DNA of 64,000 nt from Dehalococcoidia bacterium (GCA_015478665.1 JADMII010000001.1:183537-247536); one strand, 5' to 3'; shown: positions 18,770 to 30,526, numbered from the stretch's first letter. Numbers and translations: made by a program. Notes: generated from the letters alone by a model not told the origin.

Positions 18770-19465
18770 GTGAATGTGACGGCAATCGAAACAGCATCGG
18801 TGACGTTCCCGGCGAACGGGATCGAGGGGATGGGGTATCTGGCCCGCCCGGGCGACGGCGGCGCGCATCCGGGTGTGATCGTGATCCAGGAGTGGTGGGG
18901 GCTCGACGAGCACATCAAGGATGTGGCGCGTCGGCTCGCCGGCGAGGGGTTCGTCGCACTGGCGCCGGACCTCTATCACGGCGAGTGCGCGACGGAACCG
19001 GACGAGGCGCGCAAGCTCGTGATGAACATGAACCGCGAGCAGGCGATGAAGGACCTCTCGGGTGCGGTGGCGCATCTGCGTTCTCTGCCGGAAGTGGCGC
19101 CGAAGAGGCTGGGCTGCATCGGCTTCTGCATGGGCGGCAGCCTGACGCTGGCGCTAGCGGTCGCGTCGCCGGAGATCGCGGCGGCGGCGCCGTTCTATGC
19201 GGGCATGCAGCCGCCGCCCGAACAGCTGGCCACGATCGAGGCCGAGGTCTTCGCGGCGTTCGGCGGCGACGACGGCGGCATCCCGCTCGGGAACGTCCGG
19301 AAGTTCGAGCAGGCGCTATCGGACGGGGGACGGAAGGCAGAGGTCAAGGTGTACCCGGGAGCGCCGCACTCGTTCTTCAACAACACGCGGCCGAGCTATC
19401 GGATGGAGGCGGCGCAGGACGCGTGGGCGAAGGCGCTATCGTTGTTCCGTCGTGCGCTGGTGTGA
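18770..19465 (+). CDS. Dienelactone hydrolase-family protein
   Basis: QEWWGL, ALAPDLY, GFCMGG nucleophile, YPGAPHSF. Confidence 0.92.
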   Translation: MNVTAIETASVTFPANGIEGMGYLARPGDGGAHPGVIVIQEWWGLDEHIKDVARRLAGEGFVALAPDLYHGECATEPDEARKLVMNMNREQAMKDLSGAVAHLRSLPEVAPKRLGCIGFCMGGSLTLALAVASPEIAAAAPFYAGMQPPPEQLATIEAEVFAAFGGDDGGIPLGNVRKFEQALSDGGRKAEVKVYPGAPHSFFNNTRPSYRMEAAQDAWAKALSLFRRALV

Positions 19466-19506
19466 GGCGCGGCCACGGGGAGCGCAGGGACGCGGGTCGG
19501 GGGTGA

Positions 19507-19560
19507 CGGAGGCCGGAAGCCGGGGGGCCGGGGGGCCGGGGCGCCGGCGGGGGCGACGGG
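19507..19560 (+). repeat. G-rich degenerate 7-8-mer tandem array
   Basis: cggaggc cggaagc cggggggc cggggggc cggggcgc directly after the hydrolase gene. Confidence 0.5.
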
Positions 19561-19626
19561 AACCGGCGATCGCGCAGACGCGCGCAAATGCTGGGTGAGG
19601 ATCCTCCTGTTCTCGGCGATGCTCCC

Positions 19627-19650
19627 GTCCTGAGTGAAGCGAAGGATCTC
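19627..19650. repeat. REP-like repeat half GTCCTGAGTGAAGCGAAGGATCTC
   Basis: Resembles the widespread GTCATCCTGAGCGAAGCGAAGGATCT-type extragenic repeat; lies between convergent genes. Confidence 0.55.
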
Positions 19651-19691
19651 GCCGGCCGACGACCCGGCGTCCGCGAACGGCAGACCGACAC

Positions 19692-20555
19692 TCAGTGGGC
19701 GGCGGCGGGCCGGCCGGCGAGCTCCGGGTGGCCGGACCAGGTCCACGCGAGGTTGGTGCGGCTGCAGCCCATCAGCACGCCATGGAGCGTCGACGGGTGA
19801 AGGAAGATCCCCTCCGGATTCGGGCTCTCCGGGTCGCGGCCGGCGTAACGCACGCCGTGCGCGTTGCAACGCCGCGCGATGGCGCCGACGTCCTCCGCCT
19901 CGACGTAGCACATGTACAGCGTCTCGCCGCCGCGCCGCTGCATGAAGCGCCCCATCGGCCGCTGCCGGTCGGTGATCTGCGACAGCTCGATGCGGTCGAG
20001 GCGCTCCGGCGGATGGAACATCGTCAACTGGCCGGCGTAGCCGTACTGCTTGCTCGCGATCGGCACGAAGTTCGCGGCGTCGAGGCCGAACGTGTCGGCG
20101 TAGAAGCGCGCCGCCGCCGTATGGTCATCGACCAGGTTCGTCGCCTCGTAGAGGTAGCGGATGTCGCCGACCATCGGCCGCTCGACGTCGCGCGAGATCA
20201 CCATGCGCAGGCCCGGCGTCTGGTCGGGCGCGATGAAGAGTTGCTCGCCCTCGGCCGCGTACGCCAGCCGCTTGTCCTCGAGGCGTGACGCGAGCTTCGC
20301 GAGGCTCGCCGTCGAAAAGCCGGCGGCGAACAGGCCTTCGCCCCACGCTGCGAGGTAGTCGCGTACGGGGCCGTCGGCCGACGGCTCGAGCAGCTCGAAC
20401 TCGCTCGTCCCCGCGCGCACCACGCGGCGGCGGGCGCCGAGCGAGCGGACGTCGTCGTCGCCCGACGGCTCGGCGCCGAGGACGTCGATCAGGGTCTGCG
20501 CCGCGGCACCTCGGTCGCGGACGGCGAGCTGGACGCGGTCGACGTGTTCGAGCAT
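19692..20555 (-). CDS. Two-domain VOC/glyoxalase-family protein
   Basis: VDRVQLAVRD, FELLEP, GEGL, RIELSQ, FLHPSTLHGVL; SD GGAGG. Confidence 0.8.
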   Translation of the reverse strand: MLEHVDRVQLAVRDRGAAAQTLIDVLGAEPSGDDDVRSLGARRRVVRAGTSEFELLEPSADGPVRDYLAAWGEGLFAAGFSTASLAKLASRLEDKRLAYAAEGEQLFIAPDQTPGLRMVISRDVERPMVGDIRYLYEATNLVDDHTAAARFYADTFGLDAANFVPIASKQYGYAGQLTMFHPPERLDRIELSQITDRQRPMGRFMQRRGGETLYMCYVEAEDVGAIARRCNAHGVRYAGRDPESPNPEGIFLHPSTLHGVLMGCSRTNLAWTWSGHPELAGRPAAAH

Positions 20556-20701
20556 GAGACCTCCACGATCCGGGGAATACGGCGACGGCTCAGGCCGCAG
20601 CGACATCTTCGTACAGCGCGAGCGCCGGACGCAACCGGCAGCCGCGAGGCGACGCCAGGGCGTAGAATAGATGCGCTGCGCGGATGCGCGAGGAGGCGAG
20701 G

Positions 20702-21694
20702 ATGACGAACCCACGGACGACGCGCCCACCGGAGACCCGGGTCGAAGACGAAGGCGGCGCCGCCGCCGGCATCCGCTGGTTCCTGACGGTGCTGGCGTGG
20801 TTCCTGCTGATCCCGCCGTGGGGGTTCATCGTCTATTTCTACGCCGTCAAGATCGTATCCGAGTACGAACGCGGCGTGATCTTCCGCATGGGGCGGCTCG
20901 TCGGCGCCAAGGGACCCGGACTGTTCCTGATCCTGCCGATCGTCGACCGCATGGTGAAGATGGACCTGCGGACGGTGACGATGGACGTGCCGAGCCAGGA
21001 GTGCATCACGCGCGACAACGTGACGGTGAAGGTGAACGCCGTCATCTACTTCCGCGTCGTCAATCCGGAGGACGCCGTCGTGCGCGTGCTCGACCACTTC
21101 CGCGCGACGTCGCAGATCGCGCAGACGACGCTGCGCAGCGTCATCGGCCAGTCGGACCTCGACGAGCTGCTGTCCGAGCGCGAGCACATCAACGAGCGGC
21201 TGCAGAAGATCATCGACGAGCAGACGGAGCCGTGGGGCGTCAAGGTCTCGACGGTCGAGGTGAAGGACGTCGAGTTGCCGCAGAGCATGCAACGGGCGAT
21301 CGCCCGGCAGGCGGAGGCCGAGCGCGAGCGGCGGGCGAAGGTGATCAACGCCGATGGCGAACTGCAGGCTTCCGAGCGCCTGGCGGAGGCGGGCCGGATC
21401 ATGTCGGAGCAGCCGGCGACGCTGCAGCTGCGCTTCCTCCAGACGCTGTCCGAGGTGGCGACGGAGAAGAACAGCACGATCGTCTTCCCGGTGCCGGTCG
21501 ACCTGATCAACCTGCTGACCGCGAACCTTCGACGCAGCGACGGCGCGAACGACGGACCGCGCCCGCGCGTGCGCGTCGGGCCCAACGGCGCCTCGACGCC
21601 GCCCGCGAGCGAGGGCGGCGGGCCGGCAGGCGCCATCACCGCGCCGGCGAGCGAGCCGCCGGAGCCGCCGACGCGCGAGGGGACGGTGTCGTAG
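20702..21694 (+). CDS. SPFH/band-7 stomatin-like protein
   Basis: [61 protein letters not shown]. Confidence 0.95.
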   Translation: MTNPRTTRPPETRVEDEGGAAAGIRWFLTVLAWFLLIPPWGFIVYFYAVKIVSEYERGVIFRMGRLVGAKGPGLFLILPIVDRMVKMDLRTVTMDVPSQECITRDNVTVKVNAVIYFRVVNPEDAVVRVLDHFRATSQIAQTTLRSVIGQSDLDELLSEREHINERLQKIIDEQTEPWGVKVSTVEVKDVELPQSMQRAIARQAEAERERRAKVINADGELQASERLAEAGRIMSEQPATLQLRFLQTLSEVATEKNSTIVFPVPVDLINLLTANLRRSDGANDGPRPRVRVGPNGASTPPASEGGGPAGAITAPASEPPEPPTREGTVS

Positions 21695-21754
21695 GGTCGG
21701 CAGGTCGCGGGGTGCGGGGCGCGGGGCGGATACGCCTGCGCGGGAACCGCAGCG

Positions 21755-22006
21755 TCACTTGCCTCGGCCGTGGCACTCCGCGCGCCGGACGGCGAGGCCG
21801 ACACCGAGATAGACGACAGCGGCGGCGAGCACGACGAGGGTCGCTTCGGTCCCCCAGGCGACGGCGCCGCGGTCGAAGACGGTGATCAGCGCGATGCCGA
21901 GGATGAGGCGCGCGATGGCGAAGAGGACGAGCGCGCGCACGACGCGGCGCGCACCCTCGCGTGCCGCCGCCCACGCCGATCGCCCGCGCGCCCATGCCAT
22001 CTGCAT
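21755..22006 (-). CDS. Small membrane protein (2 predicted TM)
   Basis: Two hydrophobic stretches; TATACT-6nt-ATG leaderless signal. Confidence 0.55.
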   Translation of the reverse strand: MQMAWARGRSAWAAAREGARRVVRALVLFAIARLILGIALITVFDRGAVAWGTEATLVVLAAAVVYLGVGLAVRRAECHGRGK

Positions 22007-22237
22007 CGATGGAGTATACGATGCAGCGGCGGCAGCGGCGGCGGCGGCGCTCGATCGAGCCGCATCGCGTCAGCGTTGACCGGCGGGCGGACCGCGACGC
22101 GCGAACCCGGCGATCGGCGCCGTCGCAGGCGGCTCCCGGGGCGCGACGCACGCCGCATCATCGCCGGGCGACGGATGCGCACGAGAAGGGCGCCATCGGT
22201 CCGTCGCCGCCGGGACAGTGCGAAGGGGGAGTAGACG

Positions 22238-23185
22238 ATGACGATCGAGACGGTGCTCGGGCCGATCGAGCCGGCGCAGCTCGGGGTGACGCTGAGCCAC
22301 GAGCACGTGCTGGTGTCGATGGGCGAGGACAACCACCACTACCCGTGGCTGTTCGACTGGGATGTGACGCACGAGAACGCGATCCGCGAGCTGTGCGAGG
22401 CGAAGGCCGGCGGCATCGACAGCCTGATCGACCTGACCACGCCGGACCTCGGGCGCGATGTCGCCTTCGTCCGCGACGTCGCGGAGGCGTCCGGCATGCA
22501 CATCGTCGTCGCCACCGGGATCTGGCGTGATGTGCCGCGCTCGTTCTGGGCGCGCGACATCGACCGCATCGCCGACATCTTCGTGCACGAGATCGATATG
22601 GGGATCGGCGACAGTGGCGTCCGCGCCGGCGTGATCAAGGTGGCGAACGACATCGGCGGCGTCTCGCCCGAGGGGGAGCGCGTGCTGCGCGGCGCGGCGC
22701 GTGCCTGCAAGCGAACGGGCTGCCCGATCAGCACGCACCAGTGGGCGCCGGAAGAGGTCGGACGCCGGCAGGTGGAGATCCTCGCCGACGAGCGCGTGCC
22801 GATGGACCGCGTCTGCATCGGCCACAGCGCGGACACGACGGACGTCGGCTATCTGGAGTCGCTGCTGCGTGAAGGCGTGTACCTGTCGATGGACCGCTAT
22901 CCCGGGGCGGAGGGCCGGCCGACCTGGCGCGAGCGAAACGCGACGGTGCGGGCCCTCATCGACCGCGGCTGGGCGCACCGGCTGATGCTGGGGCACGACC
23001 ACGCGCCGGGCGCCATCTCCGTCGCGACGGTGCGCGGCGGCAGGGCGCGGCCCACGGAGATGACTCGCTACCGCTTCATCACGGACACGGCGATCCCGGC
23101 GCTCATCGCCGAAGGCGTGCCGCAGGCGACGATCGACGTGATGATGCGCGACGTGCCGCGCCGCTTCCTCAGCGGCGGCGAATAA
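22238..23185 (+). CDS. Phosphotriesterase-family (PHP/PLL) metallohydrolase
   Basis: TVLGPI..LGVTLSHEH, DLTTPDLGRD, GVIKVA, IGHS, LMLGHD. Confidence 0.9.
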   Translation: MTIETVLGPIEPAQLGVTLSHEHVLVSMGEDNHHYPWLFDWDVTHENAIRELCEAKAGGIDSLIDLTTPDLGRDVAFVRDVAEASGMHIVVATGIWRDVPRSFWARDIDRIADIFVHEIDMGIGDSGVRAGVIKVANDIGGVSPEGERVLRGAARACKRTGCPISTHQWAPEEVGRRQVEILADERVPMDRVCIGHSADTTDVGYLESLLREGVYLSMDRYPGAEGRPTWRERNATVRALIDRGWAHRLMLGHDHAPGAISVATVRGGRARPTEMTRYRFITDTAIPALIAEGVPQATIDVMMRDVPRRFLSGGE

Positions 23186-23414
23186 GCGGCCGAGACGCAC
23201 CACGATCGGCGCGAGCAGCTGGCGCACTCGACCACACAGTGTGCCGCCATGAACAGGACGCATCCGCAGCGGCGATCATGTATCTCCCTGCGCGTGAATC
23301 GGCTACGATCGCGCAGAGGCAGACCGCTCGCCGACTCGCGGGCGCGAGCGAGCGGCTGGACGAACAGCGGACGCTGCCCGGCGAGCGGCGGGCATCACCT
23401 GAAGGAGACGGATC

Positions 23415-24410
23415 ATGACACGACGTGTGTGCATCGGCGTGAACTGGCAGGGGGAGTTCGACCGCGAGCGGGTGTTCGAGCGCGTGAAGATCGCCGAGGA
23501 CGCCGGCGTCGACAGCGTCTTCGTCGCCGAGGCGTGGGGGCGCGACGCCTTCACGCTGCTGACGCAACTGGCGGAGCGGACGACGCGCATCAAGCTGGGC
23601 ACCGGCATCGTCAACTACTACTCGCGCAGTCCCGCCGCCCTCGCGCAGCACTTCGGCACGCTCGATGAGCTCAGCGAAGGGCGGATGATCATCGGCCTCG
23701 GCGCATCGAGCGCAAATGTCATCGAGCACTTCCACGGCATTCCCTTCAACCCGCCGCTGGCGCGCATGCGCGAGGTGGTGCAGATCATCAACATGCTGAT
23801 GGCCAACCAGCCCCTCGAGTTCAAGGGCAAGGTCTTCCACATGGAGCGCGGCTTCACGCTGCGCTTCCGCCCCGTGCGCGAGCACATCCCCGTCTACATC
23901 GCCTCGTTCCGGCCCGCCGCGACCAAGGTCGTCGCGCAGGTCGCGGATGGCTGGATGCCGACGATGGTGCCGATCCAGCGTGCGAAGCAGGAGACGGACA
24001 AGTTCCTCGGCTATGTCCGCGACGCCGGCCGCGACCCGTCGCAGATGACGGTGCGCTTCCTCGGCGTCACCGTCGCGAAGGATCGCGAGCGGGCGCTGCA
24101 GGCGGCCAAAGCCGGGACGGCGTTCTACATCGCGCGGATGGGCGACTTCTACTACCAGCAGCTGTCGGACATGGGCTTCGCCGACGAGGCCAACGCGATC
24201 CGGCGGGCGTGGAAGGAAGGCGGCTCCGGCGCCGGCATCGCCGCCGTCAGCGACGAGCTGTCGGACTCGCTCGGGTTCATCGGCGACGTCGACCAGTGCC
24301 GGGACCGGCTCGCGGAGGAGGAAGCGGCGGGGATCAACCTGCACAACGTCGGCGTCGCCGGCTACTCCGACGTCGAAGAAGGACGGATCTACGAGCAGCT
24401 GCTGAAGTAG
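23415..24410 (+). CDS. Luciferase-like (LLM) oxidoreductase, probably F420-dependent
   Basis: AEAWGRDAF, TTRIKLGTGI, SRSPA, LDELSEGR.IIGLG, ADGW. Confidence 0.9.
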   Translation: MTRRVCIGVNWQGEFDRERVFERVKIAEDAGVDSVFVAEAWGRDAFTLLTQLAERTTRIKLGTGIVNYYSRSPAALAQHFGTLDELSEGRMIIGLGASSANVIEHFHGIPFNPPLARMREVVQIINMLMANQPLEFKGKVFHMERGFTLRFRPVREHIPVYIASFRPAATKVVAQVADGWMPTMVPIQRAKQETDKFLGYVRDAGRDPSQMTVRFLGVTVAKDRERALQAAKAGTAFYIARMGDFYYQQLSDMGFADEANAIRRAWKEGGSGAGIAAVSDELSDSLGFIGDVDQCRDRLAEEEAAGINLHNVGVAGYSDVEEGRIYEQLLK

Positions 24411-24636
24411 GCGAAGCTCGGCCGGGCTCCTCACGCACCAGCGGACGGACCCTGCGGGCCACCGCGGAGGGGCGCCGGCTGGCGCGCGGAGGCTCGCCCG
24501 ACGGGACTTCTGCCGCGTGCCCGATCGTCCTCCGCCGTCCTGTCCCATCGTCGGGCGCTCCGCCTGAGCCGCCGGCCCGGCCGGGGGATGGCACCGTGCA
24601 GCCGCCGGCGGCGACGATGCGTTGTCCAGTCGGGGG

Positions 24637-24665
24637 TTGAAGCTGCGGCCGATCCGGTGTACCGT
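24637..24665 (+). promoter_or_regulatory. Sigma70-type promoter of acyltransferase
   Basis: TTGAAG-17nt-TACCGT. Confidence 0.5.
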
Positions 24666-24753
24666 CGGCTTCTCACAGCGATGGCTCCCCGCGCCAGGTA
24701 CGGACGTGACGGCAGGCGAAGGCGGCACGAATGCTCGGACGAGCGGCACGTCG

Positions 24754-26148
24754 ATGCCGCTCGCTCAGGGGAGGGCGCGTCGCGACGGCGATGCCGCTTC
24801 CGGGCGGCCGGCGGACGACGTGCGGCCCAGCGACGGCTCCCGGCGCGATGAGCGCGAAGGTGGTGCGTCGGACGCACGCTTGACGTCGATCGACATGCTG
24901 CGCGGGCTGGCGATCCTCTGGGTGATCCTGTTCCACCTCTGGGGCGACATCAAGTTCTTCCCGCCGGTGCCGCAGCACTACTACGCGCGCTTCGCGGTGC
25001 AGGTGCGCGACGGAGCTCCGTTGTGGCGCATCGCCACGTCGGTGACGGACATCGTCTTCCGCGACGGCTTCCAGGGCGTGCCGCTCTTCATGATGCTCAG
25101 CGGCCTGTCGCTGACGATGGTCGCCTATCGCCCCGGCGGCATCCGCGACTGGCCGCGCTTCTTCCTGCGACGCGCCCGAAAGCTCCTCGTCCCGTACTGG
25201 GTCGGCGTCGCGCTGACGTACCTCGTGCTGGCGCTCATCGCCTGGCGGCAGACGGTGGCGCCGGGTGATGCCGGCTTCGTGCAGCAGTTCCAGCATGGCA
25301 TCACGATCTCGCTGCACACGCGGCTGACGATCGACCGCGGGGTGATCTTCGCCAGCGTCGCGCTGGTGCCGCGGCTGCTCGAAGACCGCTGGTTCTTCGC
25401 GCCGCAGCTGGCGCTCTGGTTCGTCGGGCTGCTGGCGCAGTACTACCTCCTGTTCCCGCTGCTCTTCGCGCTGATGAAGCGCAGCGGACTCGTGCCGTTC
25501 CTGCTGCTGACGTTCGCGCTGACGGTCGGCGCCAACTGGTGGGTGCTGCATCGCTACCAGTATCTGGAGCTGCAGTTCCGGCTCGTGACCGGCTGGGCGC
25601 CGTTCCGGCTGTTCGAGTTCACGTCGGGCATGGCGATCGGCGCCATCCTCGCTGACCCGCAGCGGGCGTCGGTCCTGCGCCGCCTGCGGCGGCGCGAGGC
25701 GATCGTCGGCGCGCTCGTCCTCGGGTTCGCCGCGCACACCGGCGGCGACCTGATGATCGGCGATTGGGCGTTGGGAGCGTGGCAGGCGCTGGCCCTTCCG
25801 CTGACGACGCTGGGCCTGGCGCTGCTCATCGTGCCGGTTGTGACGAAGCTTCCGAGCAGGGTCGACCTCTGGGCGCCGTCGCGCGCGCTCGCGGCGGTGG
25901 GCCTGATGTCCTACACGGCGCTGCTCGTGAACGATCCGATGCGGCTCGTCGCGAGTCAGCTCCGGCTCGAGCAGGTGCCGGCGGCGGCGTGGTGGGCGTT
26001 CCTCGTGGGCGTCTACGTGCCGCTGACGCTGGTCGTCGCCTGGCCGCTGGCACGCCTCCTCGGGCTGCTGCCGAAGCGCTCCACGCGCCCGCGTGCGGAG
26101 CGCGTGGAGCGCGCCGATGAGGCGTTCGGCGGCGCGCCGGCCGGTTAG
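24754..26148 (+). CDS. Acyltransferase-3 (OafA/YrhL) family membrane O-acyltransferase; alternative start GTG 24706
   Basis: SIDMLRGLAILWVILFH, GVPLFMMLSG, FFLRRARKLLVPY, LWF..QYYLLFP, multiple TM. Confidence 0.85.
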   Translation: MPLAQGRARRDGDAASGRPADDVRPSDGSRRDEREGGASDARLTSIDMLRGLAILWVILFHLWGDIKFFPPVPQHYYARFAVQVRDGAPLWRIATSVTDIVFRDGFQGVPLFMMLSGLSLTMVAYRPGGIRDWPRFFLRRARKLLVPYWVGVALTYLVLALIAWRQTVAPGDAGFVQQFQHGITISLHTRLTIDRGVIFASVALVPRLLEDRWFFAPQLALWFVGLLAQYYLLFPLLFALMKRSGLVPFLLLTFALTVGANWWVLHRYQYLELQFRLVTGWAPFRLFEFTSGMAIGAILADPQRASVLRRLRRREAIVGALVLGFAAHTGGDLMIGDWALGAWQALALPLTTLGLALLIVPVVTKLPSRVDLWAPSRALAAVGLMSYTALLVNDPMRLVASQLRLEQVPAAAWWAFLVGVYVPLTLVVAWPLARLLGLLPKRSTRPRAERVERADEAFGGAPAG

Positions 26149-26225
26149 ATCGCCGGCGCCGCCAGACCGTCGCGCGCCGCCGCGCAGAACACCCGCGCAG
26201 ACGCCCCCCGGGCTTCGCCACCCAC

Positions 26226-26444
26226 TCAGCGCCAGAGGCGGACGACGACGTTCAGGACGATGGTCAGGACGACGCTGAGGATGATCGACGTGGCGACCGG
26301 GAAGGCGATGCGGATCCGCGCGCGTTCGATCGCCAGGTCGCCGGGCAGGCGGCCGAGGCCGATGGCGGCGGCAGCCCAGACGATGAGGCCGGCCACGACG
26401 AGCACGCCGCCGGCAAGCACCAGGGCGCCCGCGACACCGTTCAT
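26226..26444 (-). CDS. DUF2905-family small membrane protein
   Basis: LGRLPGDL..FPVATSIILSVVLT; TACGCT-6nt-ATG. Confidence 0.85.
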   Translation of the reverse strand: MNGVAGALVLAGGVLVVAGLIVWAAAAIGLGRLPGDLAIERARIRIAFPVATSIILSVVLTIVLNVVVRLWR

Positions 26445-26656
26445 ATCGACAGCGTAGCGAAACACGGCGCGTCGGTGGGCGCGGACGTGCGGCGACAAGC
26501 GGACGCCGCCAGCACCGACGTGATTGCGTCCGCGACAGTCATTCGCACGCCGGTCGACGGCCGGGCACGACCAGGCAGGCACGATGCAAGGCGACAGGCA
26601 TGCGTCCTCGCCAGCGGGCAGGTGGACGATCGCGCGACGGACTGTAGACTTTCGGG

Positions 26657-27855
26657 ATGGACCTCGACCTGCTCCGAGAGCTCTCCGTGCCCCACACCAC
26701 CAAGATCCTCCTGCTGGTGATCGACGGACTGGGCGGACTACCGAACGAGTCCGGCCGGTCGGAGCTCGAGCAGGCGAACATCCCCCACCTCGACCGCCTG
26801 GCGCAGGAGAGCATGTGCGGGCTCACGGTGCCGGTGGCGCCGGGCGTGACGCCCGGCAGCGGTCCGGGGCACCTCGCGCTCTTCGGCTACGACCCGGCCG
26901 TGTACACCGTCGGCCGCGGCGTGCTCGAGGCGCTGGGCATCGACTTCGACCTGCAACCGCAGGACGTCGCGGCGCGCGGCAATTTCTGCACGGTCGACGC
27001 GGACGGCCGCATCACCGACCGGCGCGCCGGCCGCATCCCCACGGCGCAGACGCTGCCGCTGTGCGAGATGCTGCGCGGCATCGAACTGCCGGGCGTGCAG
27101 GTGTTCGTCGAGCCGGTGCGCGACCACCGCTTCCTGCTCGTGCTGCGCGGCGAAGGGCTCTCCGACCGGCTGACCGAGACGGACCCGCAGCGCGAAGGCG
27201 AGAAGCCGCTGCCCGTACGGGCGACGGCGCCTGAAGCGGAAGCGACGGCGGCGCTCCTGAACCAGTTCGTCGCGCAGGCGGCGAAGCTGCTCGCCGGGCA
27301 CGAGCCGGCGAATATGCTCACCCTGCGCGGCTTGGCGAAGCGTCCGCCAATGCCGTCGATCGCCGAGGCGGGCAAGTTCCGCGCCGCCGCCATCGCGGCG
27401 TACCCGATGTATCGCGGGCTGGCGAAGCTCGTCGGCATGACCGTGCTGCCGACGGGCGTGGCCTTCGCCGATGAGCTGGCGACCCTCCGCCAGCACTGGG
27501 ATGCCTTCGACTTCTTCTTCATCCACTTCAAGAAGGCCGACGCCGCCGGCGAGGACGGCGACTTCCAGGCGAAGATGCGCGCGCTCGAGGAGGTCGACGG
27601 CTACATCGACGACCTCCACGCGATGCAGGCCGACGTACTGATGGTCGCTGGCGACCACTCGACGCCGGCGGTGCTCGCGGCGCACTCCTGGCACCCGGTG
27701 CCGTTCCTCCTGCACGCGCGCGAGTACGTGCAGATCGACGGCGCGGAGGCCTTCAACGAGCGCGCCTGCGCGCGCGGGTCGCTCGGCACGATGGCGGCGC
27801 GCGATGTGCTCTCGCTGGCGATGGCCTACGCCGGCCGGTTGACGAAGTACGGAGC

Positions 27856-27859
<4 letters not shown>
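26657..27859 (+). CDS. apgM: 2,3-BPG-independent phosphoglycerate mutase (archaeal type)
   Basis: DGLGG, PGSGPGHLALFGYDP, GRGVLEALG, DRRAGRI, GDHSTP, HSWHPVP. Confidence 0.92.
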
Positions 27860-28628
<769 letters not shown>

Positions 28629-28629
<1 letters not shown>

Positions 28630-29555
28630 TGCGCGGTGAGCTGATCGCGATCGTCGGTGCGACGGCGACGGGCAAGACGGCGCTGGCCGTCGCCTTGTCC
28701 GAGGCGGTCGGCGGCGAGGTGATCAACGCCGACTCGCGGCAGGTCTACCGCGGCATGGACATCGGCACCGCGAAGCCGAGCGCCGCCGAGCAGGCCGCAG
28801 CGCGTCATTGGGTCATCGACCGCGTGGCGCCCGACCAGCCCTACACCCTGGCCTCGTTCCTCGATGACGCGCGCGCGGCGATCGCCGACATCGCCGGCCG
28901 CGGGCGGACGCCGATCGTCGCCGGCGGCACGGGGCAGTACGTCTGGGCGCTGCTCGAGGGCTGGCGGGTGCCACGGGTGCCGCCGGACATCACCCTCCGG
29001 CAGGAGCTGGAGGCGCTGGCGGCGCGCGCCGGGGCCGGCGCCGTCGCGACGCTCCTCCGCGCGGAGGATCCGGAGAGCGCCGACAGCATCGACCGGCGCA
29101 ACGTGCGCCGCATGATCCGGGCGATCGAGGTGACGCGCTCGAGCGGGCGGCGCTTCAGCGAGTGGCAGGTGAAGGACGGGCCGCCGGCGGACGACCTCCG
29201 CATCGTCGGGCTCTCGCTGGCGCGCGATGCCCTCTACGCCCGCATCGACGCGCGTGTGGACGCGATGCTCGCCGCCGGTCTCGCGGCCGAGGTGGCGGCG
29301 CTGATCGCCGCCGGCTACGACTGCGATCTGCCGGCGATGAGCGGCATCGGTTACCGCCAGATGTGCGGGTATCTGCGCGGCGAGACGTCGCTCGATGCCG
29401 CGGCGGCCGAGATGAAGACGGAGACGCACAGGCTGACGCGGATGCAGCACGCCTGGTTTCGGCGCGACGACGCGCGCATCGCCTGGCTCGATGCCTCGGC
29501 GCCGGATGTCGTCGGCCAGGCTCTGCATATCGTTCGGCGAGCGGCTGCCTCATAA
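28629..29555 (+). CDS. miaA: tRNA dimethylallyltransferase
   Basis: GATATGKT, NADSRQVYRGMDIGTAKP, GGTGQY, IGYRQ. Confidence 0.95.
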
Positions 29556-29737
29556 GCCGGCGTGCGCCCGGCGCCGACGCGCAGGGCCGTGACCGCTGCC
29601 ACGGAATCGTAAGGTTTTCGCATTCGAGCGGCGAGCCGGACGCTACAGCTTGGTATCGGTGGCGCGCGGAGGACGCCGGGTGGCCGACCGCGAGCGTAGA
29701 CTGCGAGTAACGGAGGCTCGCGTGATCGGAGGAACTG

Positions 29738-30229
29738 ATGTTGCGTGATCTGGGGCTACTGCTGCTGCGGCTGACGGCGGGCACGGTTCTTGTGGGACAC
29801 GGCTACACGAAGCTCTTCGGCGGGCAGGGGAAGCACGCGCCGGAGTTCCTCGAGGGAGTCTACGGTCCGAACTTTCCGTCGGCCGTCGAGCAGTCCGGGC
29901 CGATGGCGTTCGGTAAGGCGCTGGAGGAGATGCACGTCCCCGCCCCGGCGCTCGCCGCCTACGCCTCCGGCTTGGCGGAGTTCGCTGGCGGCATCGCCTT
30001 TGTGCTGGGCCTGAAGACGCGGCGGGCGGCGCCTTTCGTCCTGTTCAACCTGGCCACCGCGATCCGCAAGGTGCACTGGCAGAAGGGCCTCTACGGCGAG
30101 GGCGGCTTCGAGTTCCCGCTGCTGCTGGCGGCCGCCGCCGGCACGCTGCTGCTGACCGGGCCGGGCGCCTTCTCCCTCGATGCCGTGAACCACGCCGCCG
30201 GGCACATCCGCGCCGGCGGCGACGACTGA
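29738..30229 (+). CDS. DoxX-family membrane protein
   Basis: LLLLRL..GHGYTKL, AEFAGG, GGFEFPL, GPGAFSLD; SD GGAGG. Confidence 0.9.
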   Translation: MLRDLGLLLLRLTAGTVLVGHGYTKLFGGQGKHAPEFLEGVYGPNFPSAVEQSGPMAFGKALEEMHVPAPALAAYASGLAEFAGGIAFVLGLKTRRAAPFVLFNLATAIRKVHWQKGLYGEGGFEFPLLLAAAAGTLLLTGPGAFSLDAVNHAAGHIRAGGDD

Positions 30230-30526
30230 CGGCCACCGGGCTGTTCGCTCCACCTTCTCGGCGCGACCGCGACGCCTCCCGGCGCAGCTCGGGCGGCCAC
30301 GCTCGGCCCCGATGCTGCGGCTGCGGGCGCCGGCAGGCGAGTGCCGCTCGCCAGCGCCGGCACCCTACGTTCGTTTTGCTATACGCGCGTTCACTCCGCC
30401 ACCACTTCGGCATGAGGCTGTGGCCTCGATTCACGTAGGCTCCAGGGGGGATACAGAACCATCCGCGGCCGGGTTCCACGCAGCTTGCGCCGGCGCTCCG
30501 ACGCGCGGACAGGGACGCGCACGCCG

